64,000 bases of DNA from an uncultured Actinomycetes bacterium (GTDB lineage Bacteria; Actinomycetota; Thermoleophilia; Gaiellales; JALYLC01): assembly GCA_963845865.1 (NCBI GenBank), contig CAWJTT010000005.1:11315-75314 (forward strand), written 5' to 3'. Every line of letters starts with the position of its first letter. Position 1 is the stretch's first letter. Position numbers and translations under genes: made by a program. Below, piece after piece: positions 42,871-51,414 of the stretch. The notes beneath the pieces are model-generated. The model made no database searches and was not told the DNA's origin. It saw only the letters and a list, made by a program, of their open reading frames with translations.

Positions 42871-44484
42871 TCAGGCCAGGCCGTGCGCGTGCGCCCAGGC
42901 GGTCGCCGCGGCGCGCGCGCTGCGGCCGGAGACACCGATCTTGCCGTAGATGTTCTCGACGTGGCGCTCGACAGTGCGTACGCTGAGCACGAGCTCCGAG
43001 GCGATCGCGTCGTTCGATCGTCCCTGCGCGAGGAGGTGGAGGACCTCGCGCTCGCGCGCTGTCAGGAGCGACTGCTCATCCGGCGCCGCTGGAGCAGGAG
43101 CGCCGAGCTCGGCCAGCGCGGAGCGGGCCGCGACAAGAGCTGCATCTGCGGCGTCGAGTCGGCCCTGCGCGCGCAGCACATCTGCCAGATCGAGGCGGGC
43201 CTGCGCAGCCTCGTAGCGAGCACCGCAGGCCGCATAGAGGTCGATGGCATCCTCGAGCGCGCTCCGTGCCGCGGCCGGCTCGCGCTTGGCTTCGACGCGT
43301 CCGCGCGCGAGCAGCGCCGCGGCCCGGAGAGGATCCGTGCCCGCTTCGGCCGCGGTGCGCTCCAGCTCGGCTGCGGCGCTCTCGGCCGTCGGTGAATCGC
43401 CGACGCCCAGGCTGGCCCGCACCTGGAGCTCGAGACCCGGCGCGCGCTCGAAGCGATCCTTCTCCCCGACCCGGCGCAGGTAGCGCTCCGCCTCCTCGAC
43501 CGCCCCCGACGCATCACCACGGTCGAGGCAGAGGGCCGCTCGCACGAGCAACGCCAGGCGGTGCCCCTCCGCCTCCGCCAGCAGTGCACCGGCCTGGTCC
43601 GGCCGGCCCTGCCGGCGGCGCAGCTCCGCAAGGCGCACGAGTCCGTCGGCGACCTTGCGGGGCACGCCGCCGAGATCGCGACATGCGGCGGTGAGCGTCT
43701 GCTCCGCCTCGCTCCACTGCCCGCGCCAGACGAGCAGATCGGCGTAGTGGGTACGGCAGGTCGCGAACATCTCCGCGTCCGCGTAGCGCTCCGAGATCTC
43801 CCCGACGCGGAGGCACCACTCGCCTGCGCGATCGAGATCGCGCACCCGCTGGCAGGCGTCGATCAGGTGGCAGCAGATGACCTCGACCATCCGCACGACC
43901 GCGATCTCGCCCGCGACGGCCGAGGTCGTCGCCTCGTCCAGCAGGCGCATGCCCTCGCGCACCTCGCCTGCGGCGACTTGCGCCAGGCCCTCGAGCGCTC
44001 GGCAGATCATCTCGTAGTCGAGCGATCCCGCCGCGACCGCCGCCGCGACGCCCGCCGCCGCCTGCCGCTGGGCCTCGGCCGGATCGTGGTCGCCGTTGAG
44101 CGCCCGGTTCGCCCGCCAGTACGCAAGTGCCGCGTGCTCCGGCGCAGGGGGCAGTCCCTCCAGCAGATGCCCGGCGCGCTCCAGCCAGCCGTTCGCCTCC
44201 GCCGCGCCGCGAAACTGCGCGCAGTCGAATGCCAGCTCTATGGCCAGCCGCGCCGAGGCCGGCTCGTCGCCTGCCTCACGCGCCAGTCGGTAGGCGCGCT
44301 CGTGCGACGCCAGTGCCGTGGGCCCGTCCATCTGCCAGCGGGCAGCGACGCCGAGGCCCTCGAGTGCCTCGACCGTCTCCTCCGCGGCGAGCGCGGCCTC
44401 GAAGCAGGAGCGCGCCTCGGCCCAGGCGGCGCGCACCAACGCCGCTCGCCCGGCCGGCAGGGAGCTCTCCCCGAGAGCACTCAC
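42871..44484 (-). CDS. LuxR family regulator with a long N-terminal TPR-like sensor region and no ATPase
   Basis: The C-terminal HTH is LTAREREVLHLLAQGRSNDAIASELVLSVRTVERHVENIYGKIG. The start is approximate: GTG 44484 was chosen so the gene does not overlap the divergent gene. Confidence 0.8.
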   Translation of the reverse strand: MSALGESSLPAGRAALVRAAWAEARSCFEAALAAEETVEALEGLGVAARWQMDGPTALASHERAYRLAREAGDEPASARLAIELAFDCAQFRGAAEANGWLERAGHLLEGLPPAPEHAALAYWRANRALNGDHDPAEAQRQAAAGVAAAVAAGSLDYEMICRALEGLAQVAAGEVREGMRLLDEATTSAVAGEIAVVRMVEVICCHLIDACQRVRDLDRAGEWCLRVGEISERYADAEMFATCRTHYADLLVWRGQWSEAEQTLTAACRDLGGVPRKVADGLVRLAELRRRQGRPDQAGALLAEAEGHRLALLVRAALCLDRGDASGAVEEAERYLRRVGEKDRFERAPGLELQVRASLGVGDSPTAESAAAELERTAAEAGTDPLRAAALLARGRVEAKREPAAARSALEDAIDLYAACGARYEAAQARLDLADVLRAQGRLDAADAALVAARSALAELGAPAPAAPDEQSLLTAREREVLHLLAQGRSNDAIASELVLSVRTVERHVENIYGKIGVSGRSARAAATAWAHAHGLA

Positions 44485-44610
44485 GGGCGGAAGCGTACGG
44501 CGAATCCGCGGCAGAGCGACGAGCACAGCGACGGCGGAGCAGGACCGCGAGCGGCGTATACTCGCAACATCCGGTCCACCGCCCTCGAGACCCTGCCGTC
44601 GGGAAGTCGA

Positions 44611-45801
44611 GTGCACGTCATCGGCGCGGGCCCAGTGGGCCTCATGCTGACGGCGCTGTTGCAGTCGATGGAAGGCATCTCCGTTCGCCTCTACGAGAAG
44701 CGACGGGACTACACGCGGACGCGCATGGTCCAGCTCGCGCCGTACCTCGTGGCGGATTCAGTCGAGAGCTACCGCGTGGATCCGATTGATGGAGACAGCA
44801 TCGAGGCGGTCTTCGATCCTCCGGAGCTCGATGAGGGTGTTGCGTTCAGACAGTCGATTCCGCCGGACTTGATGGCCCTTCTTCGCGGCTGGGCCCTGGG
44901 GTTCTGCCGGCTCAATACCATCGAGCGCGCCGTCAGCGATCTGATCGATACGCGCGCGTCGAATGGCGTGCAGCGGATCGCGGCTGTGGTATCGGCGGAG
45001 GAAGCGGTGGCGATGCTCGAGCCGGGTGACGTCCTGGTCGACTGCACGGGCAGCAGGTCGCTGCTTCGAGATCACCTGACGCCCGGCTCCGACGGGGCGA
45101 ACGGCGGCTCGAACACGCTCAAGTTCCGGCTCGAATACGCGCTCGTCATCACCTTCCTGTACGGCCAGAAGTACGACTGCAACGAATACTGCAAGTACTA
45201 CAAGAACATCGAGAACGCACGGTACAAGTTCATTCCGATGGTCCAGCGCACGCATTACGACGGCAGCGTCAGTCACGTGTCGGGAATCGTCAACATCACG
45301 GCCGAGGACTATGAGTCGATGCCGTCCAGATTCGACGGTGAGTGGCTACGAAGCAACCGTCCCGGCGTCGCCCAGTCGATGGATCGCTTCATCGACAAGA
45401 TCAAGCAGGAAACCCAGGGTGAGATACTCGGCGAGCTGGAGATCGTCTCGATACCCCTGGATCTCTACCGGGCCCGGAACGCCACCAGCCGGCAATGGCG
45501 GACAGCAGGCTCCGGTGAGCACCCCTTCACCAGCTCGCCGGTATTCCTCGCGGGCGATTCTGCCATCGGATCGCCGTACTTCCAGTCGATCTCGCTCGGA
45601 TTCGAGTGTGCGATGTACATGGCTGGACTCATTGCCCAGCGCGACATGCCACTTGACGAGATGCTCAATCGGTATGAGCTGCACATCTACAAACAGTGGC
45701 TTCGCGTCTACATGCGCAGCAAGATGATCAAGCACAACAAGGATATTTTCGAGTGCATCGATGACCCCTACGCGGTCCTCGACAAGCTGCACATCTATTA
45801 A
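44611..45801 (+). CDS. FAD/NAD(P)-binding oxidoreductase (group-A flavin monooxygenase-like), atypically low GC
   Basis: GTG 44611 has GGGAAG 4 nt upstream. The Rossmann motif is VHVIGAGPVGLMLTALL...VRLYEKR. VLVDCTGSRSLLRDHL and FLAGDSAIGSPYFQSISLG are present. Single-line hand counts give about 43-48% GC in 45181-45780. Confidence 0.75.
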   Translation: MHVIGAGPVGLMLTALLQSMEGISVRLYEKRRDYTRTRMVQLAPYLVADSVESYRVDPIDGDSIEAVFDPPELDEGVAFRQSIPPDLMALLRGWALGFCRLNTIERAVSDLIDTRASNGVQRIAAVVSAEEAVAMLEPGDVLVDCTGSRSLLRDHLTPGSDGANGGSNTLKFRLEYALVITFLYGQKYDCNEYCKYYKNIENARYKFIPMVQRTHYDGSVSHVSGIVNITAEDYESMPSRFDGEWLRSNRPGVAQSMDRFIDKIKQETQGEILGELEIVSIPLDLYRARNATSRQWRTAGSGEHPFTSSPVFLAGDSAIGSPYFQSISLGFECAMYMAGLIAQRDMPLDEMLNRYELHIYKQWLRVYMRSKMIKHNKDIFECIDDPYAVLDKLHIY

Positions 45802-45838
45802 CGCTCGTCGCTCGTGAAACACCAAGCCGAGGTCTTAC

Positions 45839-46420
45839 ATGCGGAAGCTTCAGAGTCAGGGCGTCCACCACATCACGATCGTCGGTGCCGACCGGCAGAC
45901 GTCGATCGACTTCTGGGAGGGTTTGCTCGGAATGCCCTTCGTGTTCGAGCAGCCGAACCTCGACAACGAGGGTGAGAGCCATCTCTACTTCGAGCCGGGC
46001 GACGGGCGCCTGATCACAGTCTTCACCGACGAGTCGCGCACGCCCGATCCGACGCGCACTCCCACCGATCCGGGCTGCGTCCACCACATCGCCTTTTCGC
46101 TCTCGCAGGCCGTCTTCTACCAGGCGGTGGAGCGGCTCGAGGAGCGCGGGATCTCGCACAGCGGCGTCAAGGATCGCGGCTTCATGGACTCGATCTATTT
46201 CGAGGACCCGCTGGGCCTGACGATCGAGCTGGCGTCGTATCGCTTCGACCCGCCGACGGGGTTCAGCCACTCGCAGGTGCTGCTCGAGGCGCACAGGCTC
46301 CGTGTCGAGCGCGGCGATTACAACATCGACCGGGTGCACCTGGCGGATGCGATCGAGTTGCTGATGACTCGCTCGCGCGAATCGCTCTCCGACGAGAGAG
46401 CATCCAAGAACGCCTACTGA
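45839..46420 (+). CDS. VOC (glyoxalase / bleomycin-resistance / extradiol dioxygenase) family protein
   Basis: GAGG lies 6 nt upstream. The two half-modules are GVHHITIVGADRQTSIDFW and CVHHIAFSLSQ...MDSIYFEDPLGLTIEL. Length is 193 aa. Confidence 0.8.
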   Translation: MRKLQSQGVHHITIVGADRQTSIDFWEGLLGMPFVFEQPNLDNEGESHLYFEPGDGRLITVFTDESRTPDPTRTPTDPGCVHHIAFSLSQAVFYQAVERLEERGISHSGVKDRGFMDSIYFEDPLGLTIELASYRFDPPTGFSHSQVLLEAHRLRVERGDYNIDRVHLADAIELLMTRSRESLSDERASKNAY

Positions 46421-46438
46421 GAAAGCGGAGGCTGCGAG

Positions 46439-47137
46439 ATGGCCACGATGAAGCTCCACGTCCTGAAGCCGAGCGTCAACAACCTCTCGGTCCGCATCTT
46501 CGTGCGGGCCGCCGGGCTCGACGCGGAGGAGGTCGACGTGTGGGGGACGACGACCTCGCCCGAGTTCATGGAGAAGAACCCGGCCCGCCTGACGCCGATG
46601 ATCGAGGAGCCGGGGCTGCCGCGCGCGACGCTCTGGGAGAGCTGCGCGATCATGCAGTACCTCTGCAACAAGTACGACCTGGATCAGTTCTATCCGCGCG
46701 ATCCGGCGCAGCGCGCGATGGTCGACAGCGCGATGTTCTATCTGATCGGAACGCTCTACCCGCTCGTCGCGCGCGCCACGTATCCGGCGCTCAGCTTCCC
46801 GCAGTACCCGGGCGAGGTTGGCACCTCCGACGCCGACGACGCCATGAAGGCCAAGGCGCAGCAGGACGCGGTGGCGGCGATCGCGGAGCCGCTGGACGTG
46901 TACCGGGCGTTCTACATGGACGGCAAGCAGTTCATCGGCGGCGCCTCGCCGTCCATCGCCGACATCCGCCTCGCCGCGACCCTCGAGTTCCTGCAGGCCA
47001 TCGACTACGAGCTCCCGGCCTGGGCCAAGGACTACATGGCGGCGATGGAATCGTCGCTCGGCGAGGCGTACTCCGAACCCGCGGCCGACGTGCGCGGCTA
47101 TATCGCCTACGTCAAGTCTCAGGCGTCCGGAACGTGA
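46439..47137 (+). CDS. glutathione S-transferase family protein
   Basis: GGAGG lies 7 nt upstream. LWESCAIMQYLCNKY and the C-terminal helical domain are present. Length is 232 aa. Confidence 0.8.
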   Translation: MATMKLHVLKPSVNNLSVRIFVRAAGLDAEEVDVWGTTTSPEFMEKNPARLTPMIEEPGLPRATLWESCAIMQYLCNKYDLDQFYPRDPAQRAMVDSAMFYLIGTLYPLVARATYPALSFPQYPGEVGTSDADDAMKAKAQQDAVAAIAEPLDVYRAFYMDGKQFIGGASPSIADIRLAATLEFLQAIDYELPAWAKDYMAAMESSLGEAYSEPAADVRGYIAYVKSQASGT

Positions 47138-47305
47138 GGAACCGCGGCCCGGCTGGACCTGCGTGGCGAGCGCGAGCTCGCAGGCTCTGGCCACCGTTTG
47201 GCGATGCCAATACAGGGGCGCGCCGCGGCGACATCCTAGGCCAGGCGACAGGAGCGAGCTGTCGAGCTGGTGCGCCCGCGCGCACCCATCGATCGCGCGC
47301 TCCGC

Positions 47306-47620
47306 TCAGCGCCCCATCGCGTCGTGCAGCTCGTACCAGCTGTCCCGGGTGGGAGGCGCGAATTCGCCCTCGGCAGCGGAGGCCATCATCGACTCGATTA
47401 TCGGGTTGAGCTGCTCGTCGGTGAACCGCTGTCCCTGCTCGCGGGATTCCCAGACGTCGAAGATGCGGAACACGCCGGCATCGTGATCGAAGCCCGCGGT
47501 GTGGACGATGAGCCCGTCGGGCGCTGCCTTGAGATCGAGCGCCGCGACGACTGCGTCGTAGTTCGCCGTGCTGGCCTCGCCCTCCCGGATCGGGAACTCC
47601 TGGATGTAGGCGATCGTCAT
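47306..47620 (-). CDS. small alpha+beta protein (104 aa), ABM/dimeric-barrel-like
   Basis: GAAAGGAG lies upstream. It shares the pattern YDA[VL]...GLI[VL]H...D.G..[IV].D with 40952..41251. Confidence 0.65.
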   Translation of the reverse strand: MTIAYIQEFPIREGEASTANYDAVVAALDLKAAPDGLIVHTAGFDHDAGVFRIFDVWESREQGQRFTDEQLNPIIESMMASAAEGEFAPPTRDSWYELHDAMGR

Positions 47621-47742
47621 CGTCGACTCCTTTCGTCTCGAGAGCTCCGATCCTAGCGCGAGCGCGTCGCCTGTCGATTCCGGTGGCAGTCGTTCGTCAA
47701 CAGAGCGAACGGTCCCAGGGCTGCGACAGGAAAGGAACGGAC

Positions 47743-48129
47743 ATGCCCGACATCACGGTCATGAGCGTGGATCAGTTCGACTCGCCGAACGGCGGCGGCT
47801 TCTGCCGCGCTCGGGCGGGGCTCGGCGTGCACGCGTTCGGCATGCAGGTCGAGAACTTCCCGCCGCACTTCGAGCACTACCCCGAGCACGACCACTCCGC
47901 AGATGGCCAGGAGGAGGTCTACACGGCTCTCTCCGGAGTTGCGACGTTGCACGTCGGGGGCGAGCAGCATGAGCTCGTGCCCGGCACGTTCGCGCGCGTC
48001 GGCCCCGGCGTCACGCGCCGCATCACGACGGGCGACCAGCCCGTTCAGTTGCTCGCCATCGGCGCGACCCCCGGGCAGCCGTACGTCGCCCCGCCGTTCA
48101 CCGAGAACGGCGCAGCGCTGCCTGGTTGA
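47743..48129 (+). CDS. cupin domain protein
   Basis: ATG 47743 has AAAGGAACGG upstream. EHDHSADGQEEVYTALSGVATLHVGG is present. Length is 128 aa. Confidence 0.75.
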   Translation: MPDITVMSVDQFDSPNGGGFCRARAGLGVHAFGMQVENFPPHFEHYPEHDHSADGQEEVYTALSGVATLHVGGEQHELVPGTFARVGPGVTRRITTGDQPVQLLAIGATPGQPYVAPPFTENGAALPG

Positions 48130-48234
48130 TCACCGCCCGAAGGCCGGCGGGCTTGCCCGCCGGCCCTCGGCGCCGTGACGCCGTCTCCGCCCACCGGCGC
48201 GCGAGGGGACGGCGCCGAGGCGTACGCTCCCGGT

Positions 48235-48966
48235 ATGCCGATGCAGGTGGCGGAGTTGTGGCGCTACCCCGTCAAGTCGCTGCGCGGCCAGCGGCTGGAT
48301 GTCGTGGACGTGGACGAGGCGGGCATCCCCGGCGATCGGCTCGTGCACGTGCGCCAGCAGTCCGGGCGGGTCGTCACCGCTCGCTTCCGGCACAGGCTGC
48401 TCGGCCTCCAGGGATCGCTGGGCGACGACGGTGAGCCACGCATCGAGGGCCAGCCGTGGGACTCGGCCGCCGCGCGGGAGCTCGTGCGCGCGGCCGCCGG
48501 GCCGGGCGTGGAGCTCGTGCGCTACACAGGCGGCGATCACGGTCAGCGCTATGACGTGCTGCCGCTCACGGTCCTGACCACCGGGATGGTCGACGTGCTG
48601 GGCGTCGATCGCAGGCGCTTCCGTCCGAACATCCTGATCGCGGGCACGACAACACTCGAAGAGGCCGGCTGGCCGGGCTACGGCCTGCGCGCGGGCACTG
48701 CCCTCATCGGGGTGCGCAACCGGCGGATGCGCTGCGTGATGACGACATTCGACCCCGACACCCTCGAGCAGGACCTGGGCGTCCTGCAGTGGATCTACCG
48801 CGAGGCCTCGGGCGAGGCGGCTCTCGACTGCTGGGTCGTCGAGCCGGGTCGTATCGCCGAGGGCGACGCCGTCGAGCTCGTCGAGCTGGAGGACGGCGTC
48901 GAGCCGCCGCTCGGCAACGGCACGGAGCCGTTTGTCTGGAGCCGGCGGCGACTCGCGCCGCGCTAG
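48235..48966 (+). CDS. MOSC domain-containing protein
   Basis: The N-terminal barrel carries AELWRYPVKSLRGQ. The MOSC region carries RFRPNILI and NRRMRCVMTTFDPDT. The start is the internal ATG of the track ORF. Confidence 0.8.
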   Translation: MPMQVAELWRYPVKSLRGQRLDVVDVDEAGIPGDRLVHVRQQSGRVVTARFRHRLLGLQGSLGDDGEPRIEGQPWDSAAARELVRAAAGPGVELVRYTGGDHGQRYDVLPLTVLTTGMVDVLGVDRRRFRPNILIAGTTTLEEAGWPGYGLRAGTALIGVRNRRMRCVMTTFDPDTLEQDLGVLQWIYREASGEAALDCWVVEPGRIAEGDAVELVELEDGVEPPLGNGTEPFVWSRRRLAPR

Positions 48967-48968
48967 AG

Positions 48969-49763
48969 CTACTTCTTCTTTTTCTTCTTCGCCGGCGGCA
49001 GCTTCGGGACGCCGAAGCCGTTGGCGACCAGCAGCTTGCGCCCGGCCGGGCTCGTCAGCCGCTTGATGAAGGCCGCCGCGTCGGCGTGGTTCTTCGTGCT
49101 GCTGACGATTGCGATCTGGTAGCGCACGGGCGGCTGCGCCCAGGCGGGCACCGGGATCGTCTTGACCTTGCCTGCGACCGTGAGTGCGTCCGTGACGTAC
49201 ATGAACCCGGCGTCGGCCGTGCCGAGCGCGACCTTGGAGGAGATCGCGTTGACGTTCTGCTCCTGGCTGACGACCTGGGGCAGGACCTTGTTCGTGATGC
49301 CCATGTTGTTGAGCACCTGGCGCGTGTAGGCGCCGATCGGGACCGTGGCCGTACCGATCAGGAGCTTCACGCCCGGGCGCTCGACGTCGTAGATGCTCGT
49401 GATGTTGGCGGGGTTGGAGGCAGGCACCGCGAGCACGAGCTTGTTGGTCGCGAACGTGACGGGCTGCTCGACGAGGCCGGCGTGGTAGAGCGCCTGCGGT
49501 GCGTCGGGGCTGGCGCCGGCGAACACGTCGGCGGGCGCGCCCAGCCGGATCTGCGCGGCGAGCGCGTCGGTGCCGGCGAAGTTGTACTTCTGGCCGCCGT
49601 CGAACTGCGGGAACGCGACGCTCAGCGAGGCGGCGGCGAACACGTTCATCTGCGCCGTGGCTCGGCGGGTGCCTGCAGTCGCGCCCGCGGTGAATGCCGT
49701 GAGCATCGCGATGGACAGGAGCAGCGCGCCGCCGATGCGGCGCAGGCAGGAGATGCGAGTCAT
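48969..49763 (-). CDS. modA: molybdate ABC transporter substrate-binding protein
   Basis: FAAASLSVAF...ADVFAGASPD...VPIGAYTRQVL...GTADAGFMYVTDA is present. An alternative GTG start at 49772 directly abuts the upstream stop. The C-terminus ends in KKKKKK. Confidence 0.85.
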   Translation of the reverse strand: MTRISCLRRIGGALLLSIAMLTAFTAGATAGTRRATAQMNVFAAASLSVAFPQFDGGQKYNFAGTDALAAQIRLGAPADVFAGASPDAPQALYHAGLVEQPVTFATNKLVLAVPASNPANITSIYDVERPGVKLLIGTATVPIGAYTRQVLNNMGITNKVLPQVVSQEQNVNAISSKVALGTADAGFMYVTDALTVAGKVKTIPVPAWAQPPVRYQIAIVSSTKNHADAAAFIKRLTSPAGRKLLVANGFGVPKLPPAKKKKKK

Positions 49764-49772
49764 CGTGGCCAC

Positions 49773-50369
49773 CTAGTAGGAGATGAATTGGGAGAGCTGA
49801 TCGCCGCCGTCTTCGAGGCCGAGCGCGCGCGGTGCGCCATTCGGGAGCGGCGGGCCGCCGGTGAGCACGGAGAGAGCGGAGAAGTGCTGGCCGTCGCCGG
49901 CGACGACGCGTGCGAGCAATTCTGCGACCGTCGGATCGTCGGTCGTCGACGCGGCGCCGATTGCGATTCCGAGCAACATCTCCTCCAGGTCGAGCGCGAA
50001 GTTCGAGGCGTGGTCCAACGACCTGAGCGCGCCGGCCGGGAAGGAGTAGGTGTAGTCGTCGTCGACGGGCGGCGGGTTCAGCAGCGGAGCCAGCAGGCCG
50101 TAGTGCCCCTGCTCCTGACTGCGGATCGCCCGGATGAGGTCCGCGGTGTCACTGCTGTCGACCGCCTTCGGAGTGTTGACCCAACTCGTCAGCCAGTTGA
50201 TGGCAATGCGCTTGCCGACGCACACGATGCGCACGTTCGCGAGATCGGTGATCGAGGGGGCCGCGAGCGCGGGCGCCGCGGCCGTCCCGAGCAGCGCGAA
50301 GACTCCCGCCCCCGTCCCGATTCCCGCGCGCGTGAGCAATGCGCGCCGACTGACTCCCGCTGCACCCAT
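49773..50369 (-). CDS. Tat-exported ferritin-like domain protein
   Basis: ATG 50369 has GGAGA 7 nt upstream. The 10 codons upstream in the track ORF are AT3-rich. The twin-arginine signal is SRRALLTRAGIGTGAGVFALLGTAAAPALA. IRSQEQGHYGLL, ALDLEEMLLGIAIG and AGDGQHFSAL resemble Ferritin_2-type helices. Confidence 0.7.
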   Translation of the reverse strand: MGAAGVSRRALLTRAGIGTGAGVFALLGTAAAPALAAPSITDLANVRIVCVGKRIAINWLTSWVNTPKAVDSSDTADLIRAIRSQEQGHYGLLAPLLNPPPVDDDYTYSFPAGALRSLDHASNFALDLEEMLLGIAIGAASTTDDPTVAELLARVVAGDGQHFSALSVLTGGPPLPNGAPRALGLEDGGDQLSQFISY

Positions 50370-50456
50370 CCGGCTGTCTCCAGTACCTAGGAAAAACATA
50401 AGAAGAGCGCGACGTTATCAAGAATGTGAAGGTTCCTGTCGCACTCGCCCAGAAGC

Positions 50457-51306
50457 TCAGGAGCCGGGCCGGGCCGCTCCGAGGATGAATGCGCCCTCGC
50501 CACCGCGCGCCCTGCCGGAGAGACGCGCGAGCAGCTTGACCAGTATCAGGACGGCCGCACTCACGATCACGAGCAGGGCACCGATGGCGAGCGCAACGTC
50601 GAAACTGAGCTCGAAGTCCTGATAGATCAGCAGCGGCAGCGTCTGCGTGACTGCGCGCAGGTTGCCGGCGAACATGATCGTGGCGCCGAACTCGCCGATG
50701 CCGCGCGCGAATGCCAGGGCGGCGCCCGCGGCGAGGCCGGTCGAGGCGAGCGGGATGCTCATGCTCATGAGCAGGCGCAGCTGGCCCGCGCCGTCGACGC
50801 GAGCGGCGTCGAGGATGTCCTTGTCGAGTACCTCGAACGACGCGATCGCCTGGCGAACGTAGAACGGGCCGGCAACGAAGCAGATCGCCAGCACGACGGC
50901 GGTCGTGGTGAAGACGACGTTGATCTTGAGCGGGTCGAGGATGTCGGAGAGCAGGCCGACGCGGCCCGCGAACGCAGCCAGGAGGCCGATGCCGGCCACG
51001 GTCGGCGGCAGCACCAGCGGGAGCTCCACGAGCGTGATTGCGAGCGCCCGGCCGCGGAAGCGCCGCGTTCCGATGAAGTACGCGGCCGGGGTGCCGAAGA
51101 GCAGGATGACGGCGAGCGCGAGCACGTTGGTGATCGCTGTGAGCACGAGCGCGTCGCGCACGATCGGGTCGTCCAGCTGGTCGATCAGGAGGTGCAGCGG
51201 CACCCGCGCGAAGATCGCCACGATCGGCAGGACGAGAAACGCCGAGCACGGCGACCGTCGCACCGAAGGTCGCCAGCCCGAAGGCGGCGCCGCGGAGGCG
51301 CCTCAT
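50457..51306 (-). CDS. modB: molybdate ABC transporter permease; a full-length N-terminus needs a +1 frame change near 51237-51241
   Basis: LPLVLPPTVAGIGLL and AFARGIGEFGATIMFAGN are present. The track frame starts at GTG 51263 (MRRSPCSAFLVLPIVAIF). A better N-terminal TM, MRRLRGAAFGLATFGATVAVLG, starts at ATG 51306 in the adjacent frame and joins at the TTT run. Confidence 0.8.
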
Positions 51307-51340
51307 GTCACGTCCAGGATCAAGCGAATCCCCCCTGCAT

Positions 51341-51355
51341 CTAGGCAGAACCTAG
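51341..51355. promoter_or_regulatory. CTAGG-cagaa-CCTAG inverted repeat in the modB / regulator divergent region
   Basis: It was read directly. A third CTAGG lies at 51402-51406. Confidence 0.3.
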
Positions 51356-51414
51356 GCGTCGGCGACGATAGCAGCCGACGCGAGCGCTCGTGACGGCTAC
51401 GCTAGGCCCGACGC

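Noticed and set aside
48969-51306. A modC ATPase hidden in an alternative frame of the mod cluster.
   Set aside because: No Walker A or ABC signature motif appears in any frame between 48969 and 51306.
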